Shown: piece by piece, positions 40,211 through 53,646 of the stretch | How the letters are laid out: every line of letters starts with the position of its first letter | How positions within the stretch are numbered: the stretch's first letter is position 1 | Source of the DNA: Bdellovibrionales bacterium | Lineage (GTDB): Bacteria; Bdellovibrionota; Bdellovibrionia; Bdellovibrionales; JAGQZY01 | Assembly (NCBI GenBank): GCA_041736155.1 | Contig: JBGSUL010000032.1 | Location: 16,554 to 80,553 of the forward strand | Length of the DNA stretch: 64,000 nt | Reading direction: 5' to 3' | Made by a program: the position numbers and the translations under genes | Notes under the pieces: generated by a model | Databases searched by the model: none | Told to the model about the DNA's origin: nothing | What the model saw: only the letters and a program-made list of their open reading frames with translations

Positions 40211-40229
40211 AATTGTGTGAATACTCAAA

Positions 40230-40245
40230 TGTTCCACGTGGAACA
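40230..40245. promoter_or_regulatory. parS centromere site 2 (identical to site 1)
   Basis: TGTTCCACGTGGAACA again, with the same A/T flanks (40229-40246). It lies between the lipoprotein stop and the rsmG stop. Confidence 0.85.
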
Positions 40246-40264
40246 TTGTGAATAGCCTGAATAC

Positions 40265-40903
40265 TCACTTCTTCTTGCTGGATATGATAAATCTTTCCAC
40301 CGTGCTATCGGGAAGAGTATATTGACCACATTGTTCTATATCCCAGCTTGTAAATATTTGAGTAGGACAACTGGCTATTTCAGAAGACCAATGATCCGAT
40401 TTAAAATGATAGAGGCTGCCGCCTTCATTAAACAATGAGTTCGTTTGTAAGAGTACGCGGGCTAAAGACCCCATGGCTCTGGTTATTCCATGAGTAATCG
40501 ATTTTTTCTCAAGCTTCTCAAGAGTAGTCGCGAAGATAGTCACATTGGATAGTCGCTGATCACCCACCACATGCTTAAGGAACTCAGACTTGCGCACATC
40601 TCTCTCCACCAAACACACGCCAATTTCGGGGCGCATCATAGCCAATACTAAACCTGGGAAGCCATTTCCGCTTCCAAAATCATAAACCACATCGCGAAAA
40701 GTCTCTTGAGCTAGAATAATCTCCAAGCCCTTCACTGAATCAGAAAAATGCTGCTTTGCAGCATATGGGAGACTGGATGCTGATACCAAATTAACTTTGG
40801 CGTTAAAATAAATAAGAGATTGGTAATATTTAAATAATTTTTCCTGAACTTCTTTATCTAACTGAGGAAGGTATTCGGATATTTTCTCAATGTCTGTTTC
40901 CAT
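40265..40903 (-). CDS. rsmG: 16S rRNA (guanine527-N7)-methyltransferase RsmG (GidB)
   Basis: It has the SAM motif DFGSGNGFPG. The length is 212 aa and the gene follows mnmG. Confidence 0.92.
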   Translation of the reverse strand: METDIEKISEYLPQLDKEVQEKLFKYYQSLIYFNAKVNLVSASSLPYAAKQHFSDSVKGLEIILAQETFRDVVYDFGSGNGFPGLVLAMMRPEIGVCLVERDVRKSEFLKHVVGDQRLSNVTIFATTLEKLEKKSITHGITRAMGSLARVLLQTNSLFNEGGSLYHFKSDHWSSEIASCPTQIFTSWDIEQCGQYTLPDSTVERFIISSKKK

Positions 40904-42776
40904 GGGCCACTCGCTCCGCTTTGTGCAACTTCAGGTAAATGAGTATAGCCTGAATCGCCGAGGGATTCACACCACTAATTCGCTGTGCCTGACCTAAAGA
41001 TAATGGTTTTATACGGTTGAGCTTCTCCACTTCTTCACGAGAAAGTCCGCGCACACCACTATAATCAATATCGATAGGGATTTTTATATTCTCTGCCTTC
41101 TTAGCAATATTAATAAGCCCTAATTGGCGTGAAATATATCCTTCGTATTTAATTTCGACCTCTACGGATTCAGAAACCACTTCCTCTTCCGTCTCAGCCA
41201 ATCCATTTTCCACCAAGTCAGAAAAATTTATTTCTACGCGCCTTAAAAGATCAGCCACACTAATTTGTTTTAGCAATGGCATTGTTCCCATGGTCTTTAA
41301 TTTATTTTGTGTTTGTTCTGTGGGAGAGATTTTTGTTTCGCGCAAAGTTGCAGAAAGTTTTTGGCGTCGCTCTAAAATTCCCGCGAGCGTTTTACGATAC
41401 TCATCGTCGAGAAGATTATGTTTTTCTGCAATTGAAAATAATCTTTCAAGCGTATTGTCTTCGCGCAGATGTAAACGATGTTCGGCGCGTGACGTAAACA
41501 TTCTGTAGGGTTCACGCGTGCCTTTAGTGACAAGGTCATCAATCAAAACACCAATGTAGGCTTCGTTGCGAGCTAAAATCAGAGGTTCTTTTTCTAAACA
41601 TTTGAGAGCGGCATTCACGCCTGCCATTAACCCTTGTCCCGCAGCCTCTTCATAGCCGCTAGTTCCATTGATTTGTCCTGCTAAGAATAAATTTTTAATA
41701 TTTCTCGTCTCTAGTGTCGACCAAATTTGTGTGGGTTCCACACAATCGTATTCCACCGCGTAACCGGGACGAATCATCTTTACATTTTCTAAACCGGGAA
41801 TGGTTCTGAGAAACTCATACTGAATTTCTTCTGGCAAACTCGTAGAAATTCCCTGCAAGTAGATTGAATCAGTAGTGAGCCCCTCTGGTTCTAAGAATGT
41901 CTGATGATTTTCTTTATCTGCAAAACGCGTGATCTTGTCTTCGATACTTGGACAGTAACGTGGCCCCAATCCTTCGATTTGACCTGTATACATCGGCGAA
42001 AAAGCGAGGTTTTTACGTATTATTTCATGGGTTTTTTGGTTGGTGTAACTCAAAAAACATGCGATTTGCGGAAGAACAGTTTGTTTTGGGCTCGAATAAC
42101 TAAAAGGATAAAAATGTTCGTCACCATATTGTGGTGTTGTCTTAGACCAATCAATCGAGGACTTCAAAAGCCGGGGAGGTGTTCCCGTTTTTAAACGAAT
42201 CACCGTAAAACCATTCTCTGCCAACTGATCCGAAATCCCTACGGTCGCTTTATCTCCGACGCGTCCCCCTTCGATCCGTTGAAGGCCCATGTGCATGACC
42301 CCTCTCATAAATGTTCCAGTGGTAATAACCACTGTTTTGGAGTGAATCGTAGAACCATCTTCCAAAACAACCCCTGTACAAAGGTCGCCATCGAGAACTA
42401 AAGATTTTGCTTCGCCTTCTAACAATTTGATATACCGGTGCTTTTCGAAAACTGAACGCATCTCCTGACAATAGAGATCTTTGTCGCACTGAGCGCGTGA
42501 TCCACGAACTGCCGGACCTTTTTTAGAGTTGAGGCGCTTAAACTGGACACAGGTTTTATCTGTCACGCGACCCATAAGACCACCCATGATGTCCACTTCA
42601 CGAACAATATTTCCTTTGGCCAATCCACCAATCGATGGGTTGCAACTCATGTAACCGATACGATCCAAACGAGTTGTCAGCAATAACACATTTTGTTGGA
42701 GACGTGCTCCGGCCATCGCCGCTTCTATACCGGCGTGACCTGCTCCGACCACAATCATATCGAATTTTTCTGACAT
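40887..42776 (-). CDS. mnmG: tRNA uridine 5-carboxymethylaminomethyl modification enzyme MnmG (GidA)
   Basis: FDMIVVGAGHAGIEAA is the FAD-binding motif. About 630 aa. The start is taken at MSEKFD (M19 of the track ORF), 1 nt after the mnmE stop. Confidence 0.96.
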   Translation of the reverse strand: MSEKFDMIVVGAGHAGIEAAMAGARLQQNVLLLTTRLDRIGYMSCNPSIGGLAKGNIVREVDIMGGLMGRVTDKTCVQFKRLNSKKGPAVRGSRAQCDKDLYCQEMRSVFEKHRYIKLLEGEAKSLVLDGDLCTGVVLEDGSTIHSKTVVITTGTFMRGVMHMGLQRIEGGRVGDKATVGISDQLAENGFTVIRLKTGTPPRLLKSSIDWSKTTPQYGDEHFYPFSYSSPKQTVLPQIACFLSYTNQKTHEIIRKNLAFSPMYTGQIEGLGPRYCPSIEDKITRFADKENHQTFLEPEGLTTDSIYLQGISTSLPEEIQYEFLRTIPGLENVKMIRPGYAVEYDCVEPTQIWSTLETRNIKNLFLAGQINGTSGYEEAAGQGLMAGVNAALKCLEKEPLILARNEAYIGVLIDDLVTKGTREPYRMFTSRAEHRLHLREDNTLERLFSIAEKHNLLDDEYRKTLAGILERRQKLSATLRETKISPTEQTQNKLKTMGTMPLLKQISVADLLRRVEINFSDLVENGLAETEEEVVSESVEVEIKYEGYISRQLGLINIAKKAENIKIPIDIDYSGVRGLSREEVEKLNRIKPLSLGQAQRISGVNPSAIQAILIYLKLHKAERVAHGNRH

Positions 42777-42777
42777 T

Positions 42778-44169
42778 TTACTTTCCAATACAAAACTGCT
42801 TAAAAACATGGTCCATGACCTGCTCATCAAACTCTTTTCCTAACATTGCAAAAATCTCAGCAAGAGCACTTTGAATTTCTATAGCAAGAAGGTCATAGCT
42901 GGCTTGTTTATCGAACAGATCTAAGGATCTTTGCAAGAAATTTGAGCACTTTTGTAAATGACTATGTTGACGATGTTGAGTAATCAGCGCTTCATCATGG
43001 TGAATATCAACCAAACTCTTAGTGTCTATAAATCCCTTAACACCCTGAATTCCCACAAGTGTTTTAGAACTTGTTAAGAAAATACGATGAAGAGGCTGAC
43101 TATTCAACACCTTGGCAATCTTCCGAGTGTAGATCTCCTCAGTTCCTGGGTTTTGATCCAATTTACTGAGAATAAAGACCGTTTTCTCTAGCTTATGAAG
43201 AACGGGCTGAAAGTCCCAAGAATCCTCGTTGGCGGCGTCTAAGACAAAGAGGATAAAGTCGGCCTCTTCCAAACGTTGGAGGGCTCGCTCTATCCCAATT
43301 TTTTCCACTTCTTCATCCGAATCACGCAAACCAGCTGTGTCGATAAGACTGAGGGGCATACCAGTTTCACTATATGTGGATTCCAGAGTATCGCGAGTGG
43401 TTCCAGGAACTGCCGAAACGATGGCTTTTTCTTGTCCTAAAAGGGCGTTGTAGAGGCTGGATTTTCCTGCATTGGGTGCGCCCGCAATCACAACCTTTAA
43501 TCCTTCAGTTAAAATACGGCCCTTTTTAAATCCCGAACTCATCTGTTCTACTTGCAGATGAATCTCGGAAATTGATTGTTTCATTTTATCTAAAGAGTAG
43601 GGTTCTATATCTTCGGTAGAAAAATCAATGGATGCTTCAAGTTGGGCAAGCACATGGATCAAACCTTGTTCAATTTTATCCATCTGCTGTGAAAGAACAC
43701 CCGTGAGTTGTCCCACTGCTTGCGAGCGCGCCATATCGTTACGGCTCTTGATCAAGGAATGGATGGCCTCAGCCTGGACTAAATCAATTTTTCCATTATA
43801 AAACGCGCGAAAAGAAAATTCTCCACGTTCCGCGGCTCGGCAGCCCAAAGACAAAAGTTCTTGCAGAAGTTTTTCTGCGCACGCTTTTCCACCGTGTAAC
43901 GAAAACTCAAGAGTTTCATCAGCCGTAAACGACTGTCCCTCAGCAAAATAAGTCACTAAACCTTCATCAATGATTTCCCCTTGAGCCGTTTTAAAACGAC
44001 CCAAATAAACTCGATGAGATTCGACATCTGATTTTAAAAAAGGGCAGATCTTGCGAGAAATGGATAAAGCATTTTTACCAGAGACTCTCACGACAGAGAT
44101 TCCGGAAAGTCCTGGTGTCGTAATTAATGCGCAAATCGTATCATCAACGAGATCAATGTAAGACATCAA
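42778..44169 (-). CDS. mnmE: tRNA modification GTPase MnmE (TrmE)
   Basis: G1 motif GAPNAGKSSL, DTAGLR, and the C-terminal CIGK motif. Confidence 0.96.
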   Translation of the reverse strand: MMSYIDLVDDTICALITTPGLSGISVVRVSGKNALSISRKICPFLKSDVESHRVYLGRFKTAQGEIIDEGLVTYFAEGQSFTADETLEFSLHGGKACAEKLLQELLSLGCRAAERGEFSFRAFYNGKIDLVQAEAIHSLIKSRNDMARSQAVGQLTGVLSQQMDKIEQGLIHVLAQLEASIDFSTEDIEPYSLDKMKQSISEIHLQVEQMSSGFKKGRILTEGLKVVIAGAPNAGKSSLYNALLGQEKAIVSAVPGTTRDTLESTYSETGMPLSLIDTAGLRDSDEEVEKIGIERALQRLEEADFILFVLDAANEDSWDFQPVLHKLEKTVFILSKLDQNPGTEEIYTRKIAKVLNSQPLHRIFLTSSKTLVGIQGVKGFIDTKSLVDIHHDEALITQHRQHSHLQKCSNFLQRSLDLFDKQASYDLLAIEIQSALAEIFAMLGKEFDEQVMDHVFKQFCIGK

Positions 44170-44696
44170 TCCATTGGCTGCTTAGCAGAGGCTGTATAGA
44201 TTTTAATTTTTTTGTAATGTCCATCACCGATGGACTTACTGCGCACACGTTCATCACGAGCTAAAAATTGATGAACCACACGTCTTTCTTTGGGAGCCAA
44301 AGCTTTCACATATACAGGTTTCCCTTGGGCGAGCACTTTCTCTTTTAGTTTATCGATCATCGCCTCGAGATTCTCGTTTTCACGCGCGCGGAAATCGTTG
44401 CAATCGCACATAACGTTTACAATTTGCTCCGAGTAATGATGTTGAAGCGCACGCTTTATAAAAAGTTGTAATGCATCGAGAAGCATTGCATCTTTTTGAG
44501 TTAGCATCTCTTCGTCTTCGCCATAAAAATTAATTTTATATGACTCATTTTCTTGACCATCGATTTTTTCGATATCAAAAGCGAATTCCAAACCCGCTTT
44601 TTCAATAATACCGTTAAGTACGTGCTCAATCAGCTGCTTGGGATTTTTGAAACCTTTTTTATCTCCGCCGCCGAATAATCTTCCTATTAGACCCAT
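44166..44696 (-). CDS. jag: Jag/KhpB-like R3H RNA-binding protein
   Basis: The C-terminal ERRVVHQFLARDERVRSKSIGDGHYKKIKI is an R3H domain. The gene sits between yidC and mnmE. Confidence 0.8.
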   Translation of the reverse strand: MGLIGRLFGGGDKKGFKNPKQLIEHVLNGIIEKAGLEFAFDIEKIDGQENESYKINFYGEDEEMLTQKDAMLLDALQLFIKRALQHHYSEQIVNVMCDCNDFRARENENLEAMIDKLKEKVLAQGKPVYVKALAPKERRVVHQFLARDERVRSKSIGDGHYKKIKIYTASAKQPMD

Positions 44697-44707
44697 GTGT
44701 CCTCCTA

Positions 44708-46291
44708 TCAGGTTGTTTTTTCCTTCATAAACATTAATTGTTGGAAAATGCTAAAAAGTGATCCTACAAACATATAAAGCGCCAATCCACTCGGAGTGGA
44801 CAGCATAAATACTGAAAACAACAACGGCATAAACTGCATAATTTTTTGTTGTGCCGGATCTGTTGTTGTTGTGGGTGACATTTTCATCTGAAAATACATA
44901 GTGCCACCAGCTAAAATCGGAAAAACATAAAATGGATCTTTAGAACTCAAGTCATGTATCCAAAGATAAAAGGGCTGCATGTAGAGCTCAAAACTACTGC
45001 TCATCATTGAGAAAAAGGCGATAAAGATGGGAAGTTGTAACAAAGCTGGTAGACAACCACTCAGAGGATTGGCTTTTTCGGCACGCATTAATTGTAAGGT
45101 CTCTTGGTTGGCACGCTGTGGATCGCCTTTGTACTTTTCTTTAATCGCTTGAAGGCGCGGCTGGATTTTCTGCATCTTCTTCATCGAACGGAAAGAATAA
45201 ACTCCAGCCGGTAAGATGAGGGTTCTTAAAAGCAAAGTAATCACAATGATGGCCAATCCCCAATTACCCACTACTTTAAATATATAAAGAAGGGCGGTGT
45301 GCATCGGACGACCAATGAATCCAAATATACCATAATCAATCGTGTGGGAAAGAACGGCATCCACACGTTGAAGAATCTCTTCTTTTTTAGGTCCGACATA
45401 TACTTCATACTCTACAGATAACTGCTCAGCGGGCTGGGCTGTGCTATAGCTCCAGTCGACAAAAGCTTTTTTATTTTCCACTTTACCTGTGAAAGTCGGC
45501 AGAAGCTCGGCACGATTTAAGAAAACATTCGCAAAATACTGAGAATTAAATCCTGCCACCTGTGTTTGTATAATCTCTTGATTATAAACGGTATCTAAAC
45601 GGACTTTTTCACGCTGTATTTTTCCTGCGGCTTCGACAAAAAACTCTTGGTGATCTGTGGGCGGCAATAAAAAGCTCGTCGGCATATCGACAATTTGATT
45701 GATCGAACGCGCGTTGATCTTAAGTAATGACTTTTCTTTTTGTGAAATGGTTGCTTTCACTTTGATGAGGTAGACGTCGGGAACAATCTTGTACGTCACA
45801 TTCATGACGCGGTCTCCATCAGCGAGCTGGCCAACGATGGTTTCATTATCTGTTTTTTGTAACTGGAATTGTGCAGGGGTTGATAGAATAAATTGCTGAA
45901 CTGGATCTTTATAAATTATGTCGTCGCCGTTTCTGCGATGATACGAATTGATTTTGAGATCATGAATCGTCATGCCGAGAGATGATATTTTCATATCAAA
46001 TGTGGGATACTCAAGCATCAACTCTTGGGCTTCAACAGCAGGATTTAAAACAGGTCGAGATGGGTCCGTTTTGGCTTCAACTGCGGCAGTATTCTCTGGC
46101 ACTGGCACCGCGGCTGGTGAATCTGTTTTTGTCTCTAAGGTCTGCTGTGATTCTTCTTGCTTCACTTCCGTTGTGTAGGCCTTCGGATATTTTTTTTGCA
46201 TGTAGAACTGCCAACCAAAAAACACCGCGAACGAGAGGAGGATGGCGATGATCGTATTTTTATCAAAAAATCCTGTTGGTTCTTGCTGCAT
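44708..46291 (-). CDS. yidC: Membrane protein insertase YidC
   Basis: 527 aa. It has an N-terminal TM segment, a large periplasmic domain and the C-terminal core (GCLPALLQLPIFIAFF, PLLFSVFM). Confidence 0.95.
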   Translation of the reverse strand: MQQEPTGFFDKNTIIAILLSFAVFFGWQFYMQKKYPKAYTTEVKQEESQQTLETKTDSPAAVPVPENTAAVEAKTDPSRPVLNPAVEAQELMLEYPTFDMKISSLGMTIHDLKINSYHRRNGDDIIYKDPVQQFILSTPAQFQLQKTDNETIVGQLADGDRVMNVTYKIVPDVYLIKVKATISQKEKSLLKINARSINQIVDMPTSFLLPPTDHQEFFVEAAGKIQREKVRLDTVYNQEIIQTQVAGFNSQYFANVFLNRAELLPTFTGKVENKKAFVDWSYSTAQPAEQLSVEYEVYVGPKKEEILQRVDAVLSHTIDYGIFGFIGRPMHTALLYIFKVVGNWGLAIIVITLLLRTLILPAGVYSFRSMKKMQKIQPRLQAIKEKYKGDPQRANQETLQLMRAEKANPLSGCLPALLQLPIFIAFFSMMSSSFELYMQPFYLWIHDLSSKDPFYVFPILAGGTMYFQMKMSPTTTTDPAQQKIMQFMPLLFSVFMLSTPSGLALYMFVGSLFSIFQQLMFMKEKTT

Positions 46292-46302
46292 ACTCTCTCA
46301 CA

Positions 46303-46539
46303 TTACGGGACGGGATCATATCCCTGACCACCAAAAGGCTGACAGGAACAGATACGAAAAAAGATTAATTTAAAGGCTTGTTTGATTGGTTTTTTTTCTA
46401 AAGCTTCGATCGTGTATTGTGAACAGCTTGGAGAATAGCGACAGGCTGGTCCTAGCCAAGGACTGAGTGCCGCTTGATAAGCTTTCACCATAAAAATCAT
46501 GCCACTCTTAAAATTGGCTACTAATTTTGCTGTAAACAT
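46303..46539 (-). CDS. yidD: Membrane protein insertion efficiency factor YidD
   Basis: YQAALSPWLGPACRYSPSCSQYTIEAL is the YidD signature. Confidence 0.92.
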   Translation of the reverse strand: MFTAKLVANFKSGMIFMVKAYQAALSPWLGPACRYSPSCSQYTIEALEKKPIKQAFKLIFFRICSCQPFGGQGYDPVP

Positions 46540-46807
46540 TCTTTAGAACTTCTTCCAATTGTTCGTGTTTCAAATCTTTATAGAAGTTTTGTTTTCTTGA
46601 ATCGAGAAAAAGGAGATTCAGATCCACGGAAACTTCTACCTTTTGTTTACGAAAAAACTCTTTGCACCAGCGTCGTAATTTATTTCTCACCACCGCGCTG
46701 CCAATTTTGCGACTTGCGGTAAAACCTAAACGAATGTGGCCCAACTCATTCTTTTCATAATTGACCAGTATCCACCCAGCTGGTTTAAAACGACGCCCTC
46801 GTTCCAC
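46508..46807 (-). CDS. rnpA: RNase P protein component
   Basis: 99 aa and basic. GFTASRKIGSAVVRNKLRRWCKE is the RnpA motif. It lies downstream of rpmH. Confidence 0.92.
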   Translation of the reverse strand: MERGRRFKPAGWILVNYEKNELGHIRLGFTASRKIGSAVVRNKLRRWCKEFFRKQKVEVSVDLNLLFLDSRKQNFYKDLKHEQLEEVLKNVYSKISSQF

Positions 46808-46924
46808 AAGATTTTTGAAGTCTTTTTTGAGGGTTAGAGTTTTTATCGTCGTTTTTAGCGGCGTCTTAAACGCCGCTTCAGGCTTTGTTTTCAGCTTAGA
46901 TTCCAGTCCTATGTTGGCTAACGA

Positions 46925-47074
46925 CTATTTGCCACGTTTTTTAACGCCGAGGCGCTTACGCCCCTTGGCACGTCGTCGTGCTAGCACTTTGCGCCCATTT
47001 TTAGTGGACATTCTTTTACGAAAACCATGTGTCTTTTTCTTGCGCCGTCTCTTGGGCTGCAACGTGCGTTTCAT
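46925..47074 (-). CDS. rpmH: 50S ribosomal protein L34
   Basis: My translation gives [49 protein letters not shown] (49 aa). It falls below the size cut-off of the ORF track. Confidence 0.96.
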
Positions 47075-47251
47075 GCTAACCTCTCCATATTAAATCACTA
47101 TTTCAAAAGGGAATCTCTTAAACCATAAAGCGTTAAAAAGGTCAAGTTGTTGAACTTTTCAGCAAGGACTGCTATTTCTTTTTTTCGAGTTCATTTTTGG
47201 GGTTTATGTGGTCTAAATGACCGGGGACTTATTCATATAACAGAGGTTTGC

Positions 47252-48685
47252 ATGCAGCACGGTGAGACTGTCGTCAGTGAAAATATTTGGACGCAGGTCA
47301 AATTCAATCTCATATCTAAAAACTCTGAAAACAAACCGTTGCAAACATGGTTTAATCCAACAGATCTAATAGCTTGTGAACAAACAGCACGCGGTCGCCG
47401 CTTTAAGTTGGGTGTGCCCACCGAACTACACAAATATTGGATCTCCGAAAATTTGTTTGATCGAATTTGCTCAGAAATTTCTTCGCTCTTCAAACAGCCC
47501 TTTGAATTGGAGCTGATTGTTACCGGCAAAACCATCCCTGTTCCTCCCGAAAGTCCCGGGGCCCTCCACCTCGCGATGAGCCTTAAAGATCCGCAAGAAG
47601 TTTCGGCTCCTTCTCCGATGATGAACTCACCCACTTATGAAGTGAGAAAACACGGAGATTTTTTAAACCCCGAATACACTTTCTCTTCGTTTGTTGTAGG
47701 TCGTAATAATGAGTTTGCTCACGCCACATCCTATAGAATTGCGCAAAGACCTGGTTCGGAAGGTTATAATCCCCTGTTTATTTGTGGTCCCACTGGTATG
47801 GGTAAAACTCATTTACTGCATGCTGTTGGTAATCACATTCGTGATTGTGCTCCACAAACGCGAATTCTCTATATATCTGCCGAACGTTTCCTCAACGAGT
47901 GTGTCTCCAGTATCCGCCGCGGCGAGATGGATAAATTTAAACAACGTTATCGTGAGAAATGCGACCTCCTTCTCATGGATGACATTCAAGTGTTAGGACG
48001 CGGCGAAGCAGTTCAAGAAGAGTTTTTCCATACATTGAATGATTTTTTCGAAAAAGGCCGCCAAGTGGTCGTCGCCAGTGATCGTGTGCCGAAAGATATT
48101 AAAGGTCTCGAAGATCGTATTCGGACTCGCTTAGAATGGGGACTTATCGCCGATATTCAAATGCCAGACATCGAAACGCGCATGGCGATTATGCGCTACA
48201 AAGCCGAGCGTAAGCACATCCTTCTTCCCGACGAAGTTATTTCTTACATTGCCAAGATCTCTAAACGCTCCATCCGCGAACTTGAGGGCAATCTTAATAA
48301 GGTGAAAATGTTTTCGGAACTGCAAGGTTTACCGATCAACCTCGAACTCACTAAAAAAGTTTTAGCCGTTCATGATGACAGCACAACGATTACAATCGAT
48401 GAGATCCAACGCCTCACTTCTGAGCACTACAAAATACGAGTGCAAGATCTCAAATCAAAAACGCGCAATAAACCTATCGTAACGGCGCGCCAATTAGCGA
48501 TGCATTTGATCAAATTACATCTCGATAAATCGCTGGTGGAGATCGGCCGTGCATTTGGGAGTCGCGATCACACCACCGTTTTAAATGCTTTGCGTCGGAT
48601 AGAAATGCAACTCAACGAAAACTCCGATTTAAAGAAAGATTTCGATGAGTTACAGAGTCGTATCCACAATATCACGGGGGTGTGA
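47252..48685 (+). CDS. dnaA: Chromosomal replication initiator DnaA
   Basis: Walker A motif GPTGMGKTHL, and a C-terminal DNA-binding domain with GSRDHTTVLNA. The start is taken at MQHGETVV (M36 of the track ORF), preceded by AGAGG. Confidence 0.97.
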   Translation: MQHGETVVSENIWTQVKFNLISKNSENKPLQTWFNPTDLIACEQTARGRRFKLGVPTELHKYWISENLFDRICSEISSLFKQPFELELIVTGKTIPVPPESPGALHLAMSLKDPQEVSAPSPMMNSPTYEVRKHGDFLNPEYTFSSFVVGRNNEFAHATSYRIAQRPGSEGYNPLFICGPTGMGKTHLLHAVGNHIRDCAPQTRILYISAERFLNECVSSIRRGEMDKFKQRYREKCDLLLMDDIQVLGRGEAVQEEFFHTLNDFFEKGRQVVVASDRVPKDIKGLEDRIRTRLEWGLIADIQMPDIETRMAIMRYKAERKHILLPDEVISYIAKISKRSIRELEGNLNKVKMFSELQGLPINLELTKKVLAVHDDSTTITIDEIQRLTSEHYKIRVQDLKSKTRNKPIVTARQLAMHLIKLHLDKSLVEIGRAFGSRDHTTVLNALRRIEMQLNENSDLKKDFDELQSRIHNITGV

Positions 48686-48915
48686 ATAGCGCATGTGCAT
48701 AAGATTGTTGATAAACCGGTATATAACTTTGTGGACTGGTTTAGACACATTTTATGGGGATAAACAGACGACTTTTAAGCCTGGGTATCCACACGATTAG
48801 ACTAGTTATTTTAATAGGTTAAGTTGATAAAGCCCTTATCAACGCCCCTACTACTACAACTAATTATTTATATATATATAAGAGTAATATAAGGAACCGA
48901 AAAACGAGGAAATGC
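48660..48915. other. Putative oriC: DnaA-box cluster plus AT-rich unwinding element in the dnaA-dnaN spacer
   Basis: The consensus is TTATCCACA (reverse complement TGTGGATAA). Candidate boxes are:
- GTATCCACA 48660-68 (8/9)
- TGTTGATAA 48706-14 (8/9)
- TGGGGATAA 48755-63 (8/9)
- GTATCCACA 48785-93 (8/9)
- the inverted pair AGTTGATAA 48822-30 and TTATCAACG 48836-44 (7/9 each)

The AT-rich run TAATTATTTATATATATATAAGAGTAATATAA spans 48861-48892. Confidence 0.7.
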
Positions 48916-50040
48916 ATGAAACTGAAAATTGAAAAGAAAGATCTCATTTCTTTATTAGCGAAGACTCAAAACATAGTTGAAAAAAGAAATACGATGCCGG
49001 TACTCGTCAACGTCCTTTTTGAAGCTACAAAAAATAAGCTTAAAGTTTTTGCAACAGATCTTGAGGTCAGTTTGACCGATGATACGGTTGCCGATGTGCA
49101 AGAGGATGGACAGTTGGCCGTGAATGCACGCAACTTATTCGACATCGTTAAAGAGCTTGCTGAAGGACCCATCATGCTCAGCAAAAAGAAAAACAACTGG
49201 GTAGAGATCAAACAAAACAAATCAGTTTTTAATATCGTCGGAATCGGTGCCGAAGAGTATCCCATCTTCCCAACCTTTAAAACGACAGACTTTGTAAAAG
49301 TCGATGCTAAAACAATTTCGGAAATGATTGAGCGAACTATTTATAGTGTTTCTAACGATGAGACTCGTTACCACCTGAATGGTGTTTATTTTGAAAAGAA
49401 AAAAGAAAATGGCAAAGTGTGTTTTCGTATGGTGGCCACAGATGGACATCGACTCAGTTTGGTTGAGAGAGAAATCAGTTCTTCGGTGCAAGAAACATCG
49501 ATTCCCAGTGCCGGCGTGATCATTCCGCGTAAAGGTCTTGCAGAGATAAAAAAAATCATCGATACGATTGCCACAACCATCGAAATGGCCTTTGAAGGAT
49601 CACAACTGATTATTAAGAATGGCAATACCGTACTTATGGTTCGCCTCATCGAAGGAAAGTATCCTAATTATCAACAGCTTATTCCACAGAAGATGAAAAA
49701 ATCTGCGAACATCAATCGCGAAATCTTTTTAGGTAGCATTCGTCGTGTCTCGTTGTTGTCGAATCATAAATCCAAAGGAGTTACGATCAGCCTAACTCAT
49801 GGAAAAATGGAAATTTCTTCGAATAACCCAGAGCTGGGCGACGCCAAAGAAGAAATTGATGTGGATTACTCTGGGGATGATATGAAAATAGGTTTTAACG
49901 CCAAATATATTTTAGATATTCTCAATAGTTTTGATGATGTTACTTTGAATCTTGAGTTGGAAGGACAGTTATCCCCAGGTCTCATTCGTCCCGAGAGTGA
50001 CAAAATGTATACCTGTGTAGTGATGCCGATGAGAATATAG
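48916..50040 (+). CDS. dnaN: DNA polymerase III beta sliding clamp
   Basis: 374 aa starting MKLKIEKKDL. The C-terminal ...YTCVVMPMRI is typical of DnaN. It follows dnaA. Confidence 0.96.
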   Translation: MKLKIEKKDLISLLAKTQNIVEKRNTMPVLVNVLFEATKNKLKVFATDLEVSLTDDTVADVQEDGQLAVNARNLFDIVKELAEGPIMLSKKKNNWVEIKQNKSVFNIVGIGAEEYPIFPTFKTTDFVKVDAKTISEMIERTIYSVSNDETRYHLNGVYFEKKKENGKVCFRMVATDGHRLSLVEREISSSVQETSIPSAGVIIPRKGLAEIKKIIDTIATTIEMAFEGSQLIIKNGNTVLMVRLIEGKYPNYQQLIPQKMKKSANINREIFLGSIRRVSLLSNHKSKGVTISLTHGKMEISSNNPELGDAKEEIDVDYSGDDMKIGFNAKYILDILNSFDDVTLNLELEGQLSPGLIRPESDKMYTCVVMPMRI

Positions 50041-50043
50041 TTT

Positions 50044-53635
<3,592 letters not shown>

Positions 53636-53646
53636 AGGAATGATCA

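Noticed and set aside
47204-47215. TTATGTGGTCTA, a DnaA-box-like string in the rpmH-dnaA spacer
   Set aside because: It matches the box at only about 6 of 9 positions in either orientation. The dnaA-dnaN spacer has a far better cluster, so I do not call an origin element here.
47147-47251. 35-aa upstream extension of the dnaA ORF
   Set aside because: The extension is hydrophobic and unlike DnaA. The ATG at 47252 is preceded by an AGAGG SD and gives a normal DnaA domain I start.
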